In this document: piece after piece, positions 1-12,014 of the stretch | How the letters are laid out: the number at the start of each line of letters is the position of its first letter | Position numbering within the stretch: position 1 is the first letter of the stretch | Notes under the pieces: model-generated | Told to the model about the DNA's origin: nothing | What the model saw: the letters and a program-made list of their open reading frames with translations, nothing else | Database searches by the model: none | Translations under genes and position numbers: made by a program | DNA from: Catajapyx aquilonaris | Taxonomy: Eukaryota | Assembly (NCBI GenBank): GCA_000934665.2 | Contig: KZ538129.1 | Location: 62,001 to 126,000, forward strand | DNA length: 64,000 bases | Direction of reading: 5' to 3'

Positions 1-556
1 GTACTTGCACTGTTAACACCTGTCCGGGCAGGTGAAAAGAGCTTGGCTAATGTTAACACAAAAGGGTGGTTATGCGGAATAAGCCATAAAAGCTCAAAAC
101 ACTTCAGGGGTTGAGTCACGTGGTTGGCACCACTTAGCGGCACGTGCCTTGATCTTAGAAAAGCTAGGATATGCGTTACATGGTATTTCTCATGCTCATG
201 CTAAACAGCACCAATGGCCGGATCTTTTCAAGGGAGAGAAATTTCACACCCTTTATGACTTCCCTCGGGGTCGAACAGGCACAACTTAAATGAGCAAGTC
301 CAGTTTATATATATATATTTTTATTTTTTTTAAAAAAATATTGATTAGATGGGTAGTTTTTGCATGGTTGGGAGTGGACATTTCCTGTCAGCGCCATCTG
401 TGAGCGGGCATGGTAACTACGAATCGGAATTGTAGTGTGAAGCACTTCACTCACACCTTTTATCATGATCAGAGTCGCCCCTCACACTATACCAAACGAG
501 ACAGCCTTTCACGCTTACCTAGGCAAGTCTTCATCAAGGGAAAAGACGACGGGGGC

Positions 557-577
557 GAAGAAGAAGAAGAAGAAGAA
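557..577. repeat. (GAA)7 microsatellite
   Basis: Read directly. Confidence 0.9.
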
Positions 578-3500
578 AAAATGGCGAGCGAAGAAAGTGT
601 TCTTAAAATCATTTCTTCCCGACAATGAACTTCATTTTCATTTCCCCGCTTTTATCTCCGGCTGACAAGAGCCATTGTGCCAGCCTCTTTTTCTACGAGG
701 GGTGGCAGTTTTCAGTTTCGTTTCCCATTCTTGTAATTTTTTTAAAAAAGGAAAACTCGCTGTTCTTCCTACCCCTCCTCCTCCGCCCGTTTGTTTTACC
801 CTTCTTTTTTTGATGCCAGATAAAACTTTCTTCATTAAAGAAGAGTTGCTCTGCATACAAGATGGCCTTTTGGGCAATGAAGTTTTGAACCGGAGTGGGA
901 GCAGGAAGGAGACGGGAGGGGGGGAGGGGGAGGGGGGAAGAAAAGTGCGATAGATAGATTGCTACAGCGTGCGCCTTCCCTTACGATTCACTCTTGGAAA
1001 TTAAAACTGGACTGGAAAGATTCATTAATGTTTTTTTTTTCTTCCCCCAGTTCCCCTCCCATCTGCTAGATAGGAAAAATTGATAACGCCTCCCCCATCG
1101 TACATTTCTGCATTCATTTACACGATTTTTTGGCAACATGACCATCCGCGCCACCTGTCGTCTGGTCCACGCACTTTTCCATAAAATAATCGAACCTGAT
1201 GTTTATGAATAGCGTTGGAAAGAGGCTTTAATGAAAATCCGTCGCTCCCGTCAAGACGACTCAAGAGTAAATTTTCAGAAAATTTTCCATGCCCCCCCCC
1301 CCCNCCCACCCCCCTCCTTCTCTTCTCCGCCATTCCCTGCGATTTGACGCCATCACCTTTCATTAGACGCTGGTGCTGGGCCCTAGCTCTAAGAGAGAGC
1401 AGGGGAAGCTTCCTTGGCGTTCCCCACTCGTGTATAATGCATGACGGGGACGGGCGGAATAATTACCAGGGCCCTGTGTAAGGGAAGGAATAAATGAGTC
1501 TTTTGTTTCAATTCACCACCAGCTAGACAAGAGACGAGCAACTTCCAACTCTCGTTACCCCCACTAATTAGCGGGGGAGATGCTGAAAACTGTGGCAGGG
1601 CGAAATATAGCCGGTGTTTAGCCGGGGCATAAAAAGAGCATAAATATGACTTGCCACACGACACACTCGCCTAGGGCAGTTAGTCACTCGGGTTGGAAAA
1701 GGAGTGTCAACTCGACGTCTCATATGTTGAGTGCGTGTGAGTGCGAATCTTTGCTTGGCACACCGACCGGAGACTGTGAATAAGATGGTGTAAAATACTG
1801 TAATATACTATGTCGAATCCTGGGCCAAATTTTTGAGTGAGGTTGATGGGTGAGTAGTAGTCAGGGGGTATAGGAAAGAGGGATTGCGTGCCGCTGGAAT
1901 CTAATTATGCAAGAACAATTGCGGGGCTTTTTACGTAAGGCTAAATCTCATTTCCCCCCTCACACCAAAGCCCATTACAAACCTTACCCGGCGTTAATCA
2001 CATCGAAATCCGATGGAGGGGAGAGACTCAGGGGTGCCCCAGTCACCCCACCCTTCAGAGAGAGAGAGAGAAAAAAAAAATAGACAGAAAGGGGGGGACT
2101 TCTGGGGACCCCCTGCGACACTATACCACCCTGGGTGCGACTTGATGACGGGCTCTGCATTTGCATAATCATTTTACTCGTAATCTGCTATTAAGGAAAT
2201 CTTATTTCGTCTGGCCCCTTGGCAGCCTGGTAATCGATTCGTCAGCCAAGAGTTGACATTGCTGTGACCAACCGGTGACGTTGGGTGAAGGACACTGCCC
2301 GATTTATTCAAGCTCAGGCCGGGACAGTTGAGACGGAATAAATTTTTTGTGTGTAACTCACCCAGCTATCTGCAAGTTCAGTATATGCAGAACATGAAAC
2401 CTACATAATTCATGGCGGCATCTTGGGGGGGAAAAAATTATTGTTGTCCTAAAAAAAAGAAGAAGAAGATGGAATTTTGGACCTTGCTGCGTTATATTCA
2501 CACTTGTAGCTTTGGCGCTGAAATCGATAAGCATGGCGATGACGTAAACGCCGCATTTAGGCGACTGGAATTGAGTGGGCGGTAGCAAAAACATGGTACG
2601 TGCAAAAATGGAGTTTTCAGACTGAGTTGAAGGTGAAATTTGGTAGTGCGTGACATGGGATCTGCACGACGTTCCTGGCCCTGCCAAATTGGAGCCAATA
2701 TATTATTTTTTTGCGCAAAATTGCCGCAATTTAGATCGCTGATACAGAGTTGGACATACTTCTCGAAAAAGTACAAGCGCGTTTGAACATTTCCACAATC
2801 AGTGCACATGGCGCTTAAATGAATGAGAGGAATGTAACGATCATCTTTGATGTGCTGAAGGAAAGCAGGCTAAATTCAACGGTGTTCTGTATTAAATAGT
2901 AATTAATGCATTAATAAAAATAATAGGGGGTAATAAAAATAATAAATAATAATGAAAATAAGAAAGAATAATAAAATAAAATTAAAATTCACTGGGATGA
3001 ATTTTTCTAGAAATTGAATTACACCACTGCCCTTCTAGGTCTTCTCAAAAGGAAGCATACACAGCAAGAACATTCAAATAGAATATTAAAATTAAGGTGA
3101 AAATTGTTGACTATGAAGCTATTGCAAATTGTGCATTTTATTTACAATTTAAATCGTGTCTTGTATGTAGGCACCATGCTTGTTCCTTTTTTTTAAAAAA
3201 AAATTTGTGTGATTGCAAAATTATTTTGTCAAGAACTTTCAGAGAAACATGGCATTTGCTAAACATTGCAATTATTTTGCAATTATCCGGCGATTAAATT
3301 TTGGCAATAAATGTCTGTTTTTCCCCCTCTTGGTCCAACCGCAGCCACAAAAATGCACAGGTGCAATACAAATCACATACTTAGAGGCTAATGCCGTATT
3401 TGGCATCAGGAGTCATGGGGACGTGATCACAGGGCTTAGGTCAGTAATGGTAGGGTCTCTCTCTCTCTCCCCCATCACCATCCCCCCCCCCCTCCCAAGT

Positions 3501-4589
3501 GGCCCTACCCGTCATGAACATCGCGGGATCCGCTTCATCACCAAGGAATGAGTGTCATTCGTGCCGCAAAGATAACCAGGGAGTTTAGGTCTGGGGGAGT
3601 CTCTGATGGATGGGTACACAGGTTGAGACGGATGGATTGGATCCCCATGCATCGTACTGGGTACCTACCCTTTTTTTTTGGGGGGGGGGGGGTAGAAGGA
3701 TTTCGAGGGTAATCAGCTCCAGGAATATGTGGTCTGGCAGTTACTTATGGCCGGATTATTGCAGGGATTCTAATGGGGAAAAATTACATTGTTGCCAATG
3801 TGAGGTAGAATCAAAATGCAAGAAAGTGCTGGGTCTAATCAAGTTTGGGGAAGGAACAGGGGATCGTATACTTCGATTAAGGGAAAGCGTCCAAAAACTT
3901 CTCCGCGTCGCTTCGGCCAAATTTTGATAAAGGTAATAGCTCTGGGGAAGAACCCACTAATTACAAGAACACTTCCATTCATTAAGACTTTCGGGGACTT
4001 TGGATTAAGCCCGGAAAGTTCGGGTCATTTTGGACTGTAATTGCCCCCGCAGTCTCAAAACTTTGATCACTGCAATCTTGTTGCCGGGGACTGAAAGCGA
4101 CTCAAATTTTTGGGAGTCTGATTTATCTCACAGACGGAGATAGGTCGCTTTTGTGAAGCTCAACCCCTCCATTCTCTTGGCGCCGTCACTCCCCGTCTTA
4201 CAAATAACGCCATCCGGTGTACCGAAAGCAATGTACACACGGATCAAGTTTCCAACCATTTTAGATTTGCATCCGTTGAGTCACACACAATCAGGGGTGA
4301 GCCTTAATTGGCTCTGATTTTTACGTATTTGATTCACATTAATCCGGACCCTAAATTTGCGTATGTCAACCGAGTGTATTGAATGTGAAGAAAAAGATGG
4401 TTTTGAGGAGGCGGCAGCCATGCAGTTCAAAGTTGAATATGGGAGGTGGGGTCGAGTCCAGCCAGAAGGGCGGCCTTGATTAGGGGGTAGGGAGTGACCT
4501 CTAGCGGGGCACACAGGATGCTTCCAATCTCCCGTCATTACCGGCCGCCCCAGCCTCATTACCCCATTCAATAAAGCCTAACGGGGACT

Positions 4590-4655
4590 GGGATGGATGG
4601 GTGGGTGGTTAGGTGGAATGGATGGATGGATGGATATAGATGGATAGATGGATGG
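4590..4655. repeat. imperfect (GGAT)n microsatellite
   Basis: Read directly. Confidence 0.8.
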
Positions 4656-5039
4656 GCCAAGGAGGAGACTTGAAGTGCTTACCACTCGCTTACATTCACA
4701 TTGTTATGGAGTGACTGCTTGTGAGTGCACAAATGTCAACACAGGCGACTGGGGGCGGACCTAGTTATTTGCAATTAATTATTTAGAGATGAACTTATCA
4801 AATATTTGTTGCATATTTCTGGAAATAGAACAGTATAGAATGGGTTATGAGGTGAGCTGACAAGAAAATAACTGAGGCTATTTATATGGCATGAAACTGG
4901 CGGTCATAAGCAAAGAATAGTTGTGGGGCATTCTTGAGTGTATTTATACACGTTGTTAGCTATTATTTGCTCGTTGTTGCCACTTCTGGATCATTTTTCG
5001 GCACAACTTCGTTCTCTGTGGTTGGCAGGGCTTTGGCCC

Positions 5040-5560
5040 TGATGAGATATGACTCATTCCATATCTTAACCATGTAAATAACATGTATTAGGTTTTACGT
5101 ACCAGCAATTTTTTTACATAATATGATTGCATCGATTGACTCGGAGCATAATTTTTTAAATTACGGAAGTAAGTCGAACTAACGATGTAATGATAGCCAA
5201 TAATATAGAGAGGTAGTAATGTACCATTTCTTATATCAGGTAAAGGCATACCGTTATTAGTCATTGCAATAGCCCACATGGATAATAATATTCTTAGTGT
5301 TCTTTCTGAAAGCTAAATGATGACCGTAGTATGTGTCTGATCCTTATATTTAGTTCCCAACTGCTGTGCTGCATATGCGTTTATCCTTATGATACCAAGT
5401 ATACCATATGTATCATTTGGCTGGTTACGTATAGTATCTGACGACAGACTTTTGTCAGCGTTCAGCTTCGATGGATATCTTGATATATGGAAAGAAGGAC
5501 ACGAGCCATACACTACCGAATTAATGAAGTAACCTGTTCTCAGACTTATATAATTTCCAT
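5040..5560 (-). mobile_element. highly decayed CR1/L2-like LINE 3' fragment (post-RT region)
   Basis: Minus-strand translation through stops and frameshifts gives LYKSENRLLH*FGSVW...PYIKISIEAER*QKSVVRY, then KYKDQ...LSERTLR, then MVKIWNES, in the same order as the CR1/L2 ORF2 C-terminal motifs LYKSxxRPxLEYxxxVW-SPYxKxxIxxLERVQ, SYxDRLxxLxLxxLxERR and RVVxxWNxLP. Locally AT-rich. Confidence 0.5.
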
Positions 5561-8218
5561 AAATATTTATTTACAATATCGCAGTTTCTTTCGCGATTTC
5601 CTGCATTTGCATTCAGTGCACCTGCAGTTACGAGACTTGAGGCGATGTGACGTGGCAACGTTATTGAAAATGGGGGAAACTGCTATTACGGTGTAGTCTT
5701 TGTTGCTTGTTTATTTGTTTATGAAGCAATCTAAATGCACACTTCGAGCAGCTGCATATTATCAGGGTGAGTCATCACCGTTCAAAGTTATCGCCTTATG
5801 TGGACGTAGGATGTGAAAACACGTGTATATTTTCCTTCTATTGTGCCAGTACAAAAAATATCCATGTTGTTTTACTGCACTTGCGAGTCTGGAAGGCGCG
5901 CCTAGTTGGCTGAACTGGTATGGCACAGTACATGTTCTAGGAGTGGTGCAAGAAGCGGCAGTGCATGCATGAAATAATAATGCACAGTGTGAATATTTTA
6001 ATCAACACATCCATACGAGCCTCTTTCTGCAGTTACACGCAACACCTAATTACATACGAGTTGCATAAGACCTGTATCCTTGATGTTTTCAAGACGAGTA
6101 TTTGACGTGTGCGATAAGTGTTTGTGCATAACATGCCACGTATATATTCCTTCTCATGAATAGAAATGAAACTAGTTCTGCGTGATATAAGCACTGTCAC
6201 AACCTTTGTCAGCAAGTGCGAAATTGTACGCTAGCGATTTTTTGTTTGTTTTTATATCACCATTTTTGATAAGTCAAACATTCCTGCCAGTAGATGTCAT
6301 TGCGAAGTACTTGAGAACGATGGCTCCAGATTGACCCCGGAATCTAGCCTGATGACTGTGATTGCCACACAGCCATCAGAGGTCAGTCATTAGTCTCCAA
6401 AGAGCCGCCATTAGCCTCAGGGATTGACCCTAGGGAATATATCTTTTTTTCCCCCACGTCTTTGAGTCCAGCTTTTTACCTTAGGACTTGTTAGTTTATC
6501 TGGGAATTATCTGGAAGCGATGAGTAATTGTATCCTGCCCTGGAAAAAAAATGTGCAAAAAAAACTGGAACCAGGTAGACTGGTCGGGGTCTAAGTACTC
6601 CAAATTCTCACATTCACGGAAATGCAATTTCCATGTACACACCAATAGGCGTAAGTGCCACCCGAGGAAATTTATCGCGGAAAAAAATGTCAACTTTTAT
6701 TGTCGAAGCATAAAACCAGGAACCGGTACCGGTACGACCTTTATGTGTAACACTAATGAGTCGGGCATGACAAAAGACGTGAGAAATTAGAGTCGGAGGT
6801 GCGAAATGTCGTATACGCACGTTTGAAAATGGTGGTGGACAGGTGGGATAGAAAGGAAGTGTGTGTAGGGGGGAACAAGGAGCACAGAGGAGCAGCTTCA
6901 CCTGTCTTTGTGACATGTGTGGGCGTCCCACACATATGCAAGGAAGAAAAAGGGTGCAGCTGCGTTGACTCCGGGGGTACTATTTCCGCTAGTTTATGAG
7001 CTGTGAAGTGCATTCAGTCTGTTACACTTCTTGCACAAAAAAAACTGTTAGATTCTTTAAAAATATTAAGTGCATCAAATTGTGTGTGTTTTTTTTTGAA
7101 TTTTCAGCAGCACTTTCCGTTGATGCTTATCCATACTGACCATGGCCCCGTACTTTTAGGGTTACTATAGTAGGGGCGGGATGGGTGGGAGGGATATAAT
7201 AAGGCTAATTAGTATTCGCAGCGCCGTCTTTATTAGTAGTATGCAAATTAATAGTAGCCGTTATTAGTAGCATTTGGGTTAATTAAACGGTGATTGTTCC
7301 CGTTGCAAAATGGCATCGCAGGTGGCGGGCCAAACGGCTCTTCTCGTTTGGGTGAGCGGGGTGTAAACGCCATTGCGAGTAGCGCTCATGTGATGACTAC
7401 GCCATTAGAGGGTATCGCAGGCTTGTCACTGGCACATCGCCTTTCCTATCGGGATACACTAATAATTTATGTTTCATGCCAGCGCATTCCTGTGGGTCGG
7501 CACATGTTACAACCAGGGTGGTAATTATGCTGTTTTGTCTTATCCGGTGACTGACAGCGCATCATGTGGTCAGCCAAAAGTACTGCCACGTGTAGCGTGA
7601 TGCTACACGTGGCGGTAATTTTTTACTTCTTCAAGATGGTAGCTTCTAGTGACGCATCATTTTTTTCGGACAGAAAGGGGTACCAGATTTGTGTGGAGAT
7701 GCCCTATGCTGATAAGAAAACGCAGCGATTTCTGTGAGCTTGTATTGGAGACCTTTATTACGACCGACCTCGAGCCCCGTTTTTGCTTACACCGTACATT
7801 ATGCTATAAATATTTGGTGAGGATGGCTTGTGGATCACGAAAGCGGCCCCCTCTAATCCTAAGAAACGTCATCGTATGTCGATACGAGTTATCGAGCTGT
7901 AGGGTCATTCATGCAGGTTATGACTATGTAATGCCCTCCTTTTTTTTGGAGGGTGGGTGAAGAGGTGCTGGTACGTAATAAAAATGATCCGGAGGCCAAT
8001 GACGATTAGAAATGAGCTTGGGAAGGCTGCCTCACACCTCTTATTCTCTTCCCCGCCGAAGAATCACATTCATAAATCCGTTGACGTTCCCTGTCCGCCC
8101 CCACTGGGGGGCCATAAAATCGTTATCATTTTCTAAATAGCCTTCATTATAGCGTTTTCATTATCTCGTACTCATTTAGCGGGAGTAATATATTCTTGGG
8201 TTTCATTGTCATTCTGAT

Positions 8219-8261
8219 TCTAATTCGGTCCTCCCCTCTTCTTCTCTCCTTCTAGGTAAGC
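8219..8261 (+). promoter_or_regulatory. candidate recursive splice site (ratchet point) RS1, AG|GT at 8255/8256
   Basis: ctaat branch-like motif, about 25-nt pure pyrimidine tract tcctcccctcttcttctctccttct, then ag|gtaagc. Confidence 0.7.
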
Positions 8262-8309
8262 GTTGACCCTTCTTCGTCATAAATGCCTTGGGGTGGAAGG
8301 AAGCTGAAG
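8256..8309 (+). other. cryptic 54-nt exon defined by RS1 and a downstream donor
   Basis: Ends at gaag|gtaaga (GT at 8310-8311); contains stops in all three frames. Confidence 0.55.
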
Positions 8310-10466
8310 GTAAGATTTATGACGATTTTTTTTTAAAAATTCGGAGACGGCGGGGGAGGGATACATGCAGCGTTGCCAATTTTCCAACATTTGCGTCGCA
8401 GCCTGGCCATCACCATGCGAAAGGCCCTGGTAAGATTAAGCTTGAAATATGAGGCAGTTTGTATGGGTTAGGCGGCTGGGTAGGAAAACAAGGCCGGTTA
8501 GGTATGCAGGAGGTGTCTCCATCACCACTCGCACCTGGAAGGTGGGAGGGAAGAGAGAAAAAAAGGTGTGGATCAGCAGGTGACTACTTGACATCAGAAA
8601 ACATTGGCAGCCTGGTACAGTATTGCCAATTGTAAATCAAAATGCTGCCAGTATTTACAGCCAGGTTTCGATACAAACGTGATCATTAATGAGGTCCCGA
8701 AGACACTTATTACATGAATTAGCAATTAAGGTAAGAGCCGGCTTTGAACCTACTTTTATGACTGTTGTTTACTTCCAACACCTTGTCGGATTATTGCGCC
8801 GCGTATATACACACATTGGGTGGGGGGAAAGAGGGTGAGACACCCCTATCCTTATCGAAGAACATGCAAGAGATCGAACAATGGGGCCTTCCTTCCTGCG
8901 GCTTCCCCCGAGTTTGGATGGAATCAATATTTTGTGCGGCCCGCAATTACATAAACAGCGCCATTGTCGAGTCGTTTTGACAATTCCTTTTGTGAGTAAG
9001 GGGCTGGCGGGTATTATCAGGTGCAAGGATCGCAGGTAGTGCTGGGTAGGTGTTGAAGGGCCATGGGGCTGCTGAAAACGTAATTTGCTAGACCCACCCA
9101 CCCCACCTACCTCACGTGCTGATACCAACTAAGGTGTTCTATATATGTAAGTAATATGGAAGCCCAGGATATACACTATATGGCAAAGACGTGGACCGAA
9201 TTCGAAAGGTGGGATTGAAGGTTCGTGTCTATCACGCGGGATCTTTTTGATGAGCTTATTTCTTGCCGGAGTTATCCAAGGTTGCAGTTTACGTCGGTGG
9301 GTACGTGATTTGCTTGCAGATGACCGGTTGTGTGCTTTCGGAAGGTCGACCCCTCAATGTTCCATTCTGAAAAATAGAAACGGAGTAATGTACTAGGATC
9401 GGACCATTTTTTCCCCCCAACACACGTATACACACACGCAAGTGCACTAATGGACCAAGTTTCTTGTACGCGATGAGTATGCGTAATGGGGCAACAGTGA
9501 CTCATTTATTTTTCCCAGAACTGTGTAGGCACTGTTTTTTTTTTGTAGGCGGTTGTAACAGGATGGACAATAATTAGGGATGACAATAAGGTCGATCACG
9601 TATCTGACAATTTTATTACTCGGAGGTATTTCAGAATAACACGTTATCAAGGGTTAGTAAGTCATTGTAGTGCGTGTGTATGTCACATCAAAATGACTGA
9701 ACCGGATATCAAGCTGCTTGTATTCCAATCAGTACCATTGTTACCGGGAACAACCGCGTGCTCCGATAATATTAATTTCAGATAGTGCTTGTAATTGGAT
9801 ACAATGGTTTTTTTTTTTGAGAGCGATATTAATTGTGGCTATAGTTTTGTGGAATTTTTGGTCTGATGACAGGGGGAATTGACAATGACACAATCTGGTC
9901 GATTGATCCTGTGCATGGAAGCAGGGAATAAAAAAAAAGTGAGTGAGAGCCTGTGAGGCTTAAGTGAGCCGGTTCAATTTCCGTGATGGTCTTTCGTGTG
10001 GTGCTTTTGAAATTCACCGAAGGGTCGATTTTCTGGTAAAGCCCGTGGTCCCTTGGGGGGACTGAAGGGGGGTGGGGGGGCCACACCCCGACGCTTTTTT
10101 AATCGGCCCACGAACCCCCCAAAAAACTTTTTTTTTACCCACAAGTCCACAGAGACAGTAGTCTCTTCCTCCCTTCAAAAAAAGCAGGAAAATATAGATG
10201 GAGAGACGGAGCAGGAGAATTGAATCAACAGCCGAGTATCCCTCGAGGAATGACCAGTGAGGCCCTGTCGGTTTATTAGGGGGAACATTTCATAAATCGT
10301 CAGCAAATACTGGCCCCTTTTTGGGAAACGTGACCTGAGTAAGAAGTATGCCAAATATGGCTGACCAGTGACCACCAGAATATTTTTTTAAAAAATATTG
10401 GAAACGCCAGTAAAAATTATTTAACTTTGTGTGTGGTAGATGGTGTGAATATAATATAGCATGATG

Positions 10467-10514
10467 CATAATATTACATATTTGGTACATAATATTACAC
10501 ATTTGGTGCATAAT
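10467..10514. repeat. 21-bp tandem repeat, about 2.3 copies
   Basis: cataatattacatatttggta / cataatattacacatttggtg / cataat. Confidence 0.75.
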
Positions 10515-11784
10515 GTTATTGATACGCATTTTTTTTTTGAATTTTTGTGTAATTTTTAGTGTACAAAGCCAGAGCCGATTGCGAATACCAGGAAGCTGCT
10601 AGGATGACTTTGCATGGTAGTTGCTAGGGGCGGTAATCCTCATAAATGGCACGACTCCCGTTTGCTGAATCATTTTTCCTCCTCCTACCCCTAGGGGGGT
10701 CATCTCCATATGTTGCGAAACACATGACTTGCAACTATTTTTGGGAGCTTCCTCAACATGTAGTTTTTTTAGGGGAAGGAATTTAGTAGGACGTTGATCA
10801 GAATTCTTGCGCAGTTAATCGTCGAAATCTGCCCAAATCAGATTGCGGAGGGGACGCCCTCTGATTCCATTATGGTGGAGATGATTGATAGGCACTTTGC
10901 ATAGCCAATGCGCCAACGGGGGGAGGATTAAAAATAGAGCAGGACATAACACATTCAACGATTTTCGCGGGCTGTCTGTGAGAATTGCAGACTAGCTGTT
11001 GGCGATCGGAGTGGTAGAGAGAAAAAAAATAGAGCTGCCGGCCCTTTTTCGGGGATCGTGAGCTATTAGCTAAATAATTTCTGGCTAGGACCAAAGGGTG
11101 GGGAGGGGGTTTGAACTCTAGCGCAGGTCAATACTCGGCTCGTCAATTTAAAAATTTCATAGGGGGAACGTGTGAAGGGGGCTGGAAGTGTAATATTCGG
11201 ATCAATTGTTACTCCTTCTGTTTCATTACTTAATGACGCAACAATTGGCTTTCAAAAAAATGTGTGCACGGAAAAAGAGTGGGTGGGATTTTCCACCCTC
11301 CAAAATGGATCTCCTTTAATTGCAAATCGTTTTAATTTTCTGGGGGGGGGGGATCCATTACCTGGGATTGCTTTTTGATGCGCCCCCGTGTTTGGTCAGC
11401 ATCTTGGGAATTTGGGCGTGGGCTGGGTGGAAGAAATGGACGGAAGTAATCTTGGAGAGGCCAGTTGGCGTATATTTTGGCGACAATATTGCGTAAAAAT
11501 TGTGCCTGTTCAAAGTGTACGACAATCAACTCGGTAGCCGCGGTTGGGACGAGCCGCAACCTGTAATATGCTTCCATTAAGGTGATTGCCAAGACCAAAA
11601 TCCTGCAATTTATCCTTGCTAAGAAGTAATTAGGCGGGTGGATAGTGGGGGGGACGACTCTGATGGGCTTCCCCCTAATAAAGTCAGACTGGGCTACCGT
11701 GCATGGCCCCTTTCTATTTTTTTTTCTCCTATCCACCCTACCACGATCGAACAATAAAAAGAGAGCCATTTCTCTCCCCCCCCC

Positions 11785-12014
11785 NNNNNNNNNNNNNNNN
11801 NNNNNNNNNNNNNNNNNNNNNNNNNNNNNNNNNNNNNNNNNNNNNNNNNNNNNNNNNNNNNNNNNNNNNNNNNNNNNNNNNNNNNNNNNNNNNNNNNNNN
11901 NNNNNNNNNNNNNNNNNNNNNNNNNNNNNNNNNNNNNNNNNNNNNNNNNNNNNNNNNNNNNNNNNNNNNNNNNNNNNNNNNNNNNNNNNNNNNNNNNNNN
12001 NNNNNNNNNNNNNN
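11785..12014. other. assembly gap (230 N)
   Basis: N run flanked by poly-C. Confidence 0.99.

Noticed and set aside
513..545. Minus-strand cttgcctag|gtaagc AG|GT site
   Set aside because: Antisense to hth, with a short tract interrupted by an AG; treated as background.
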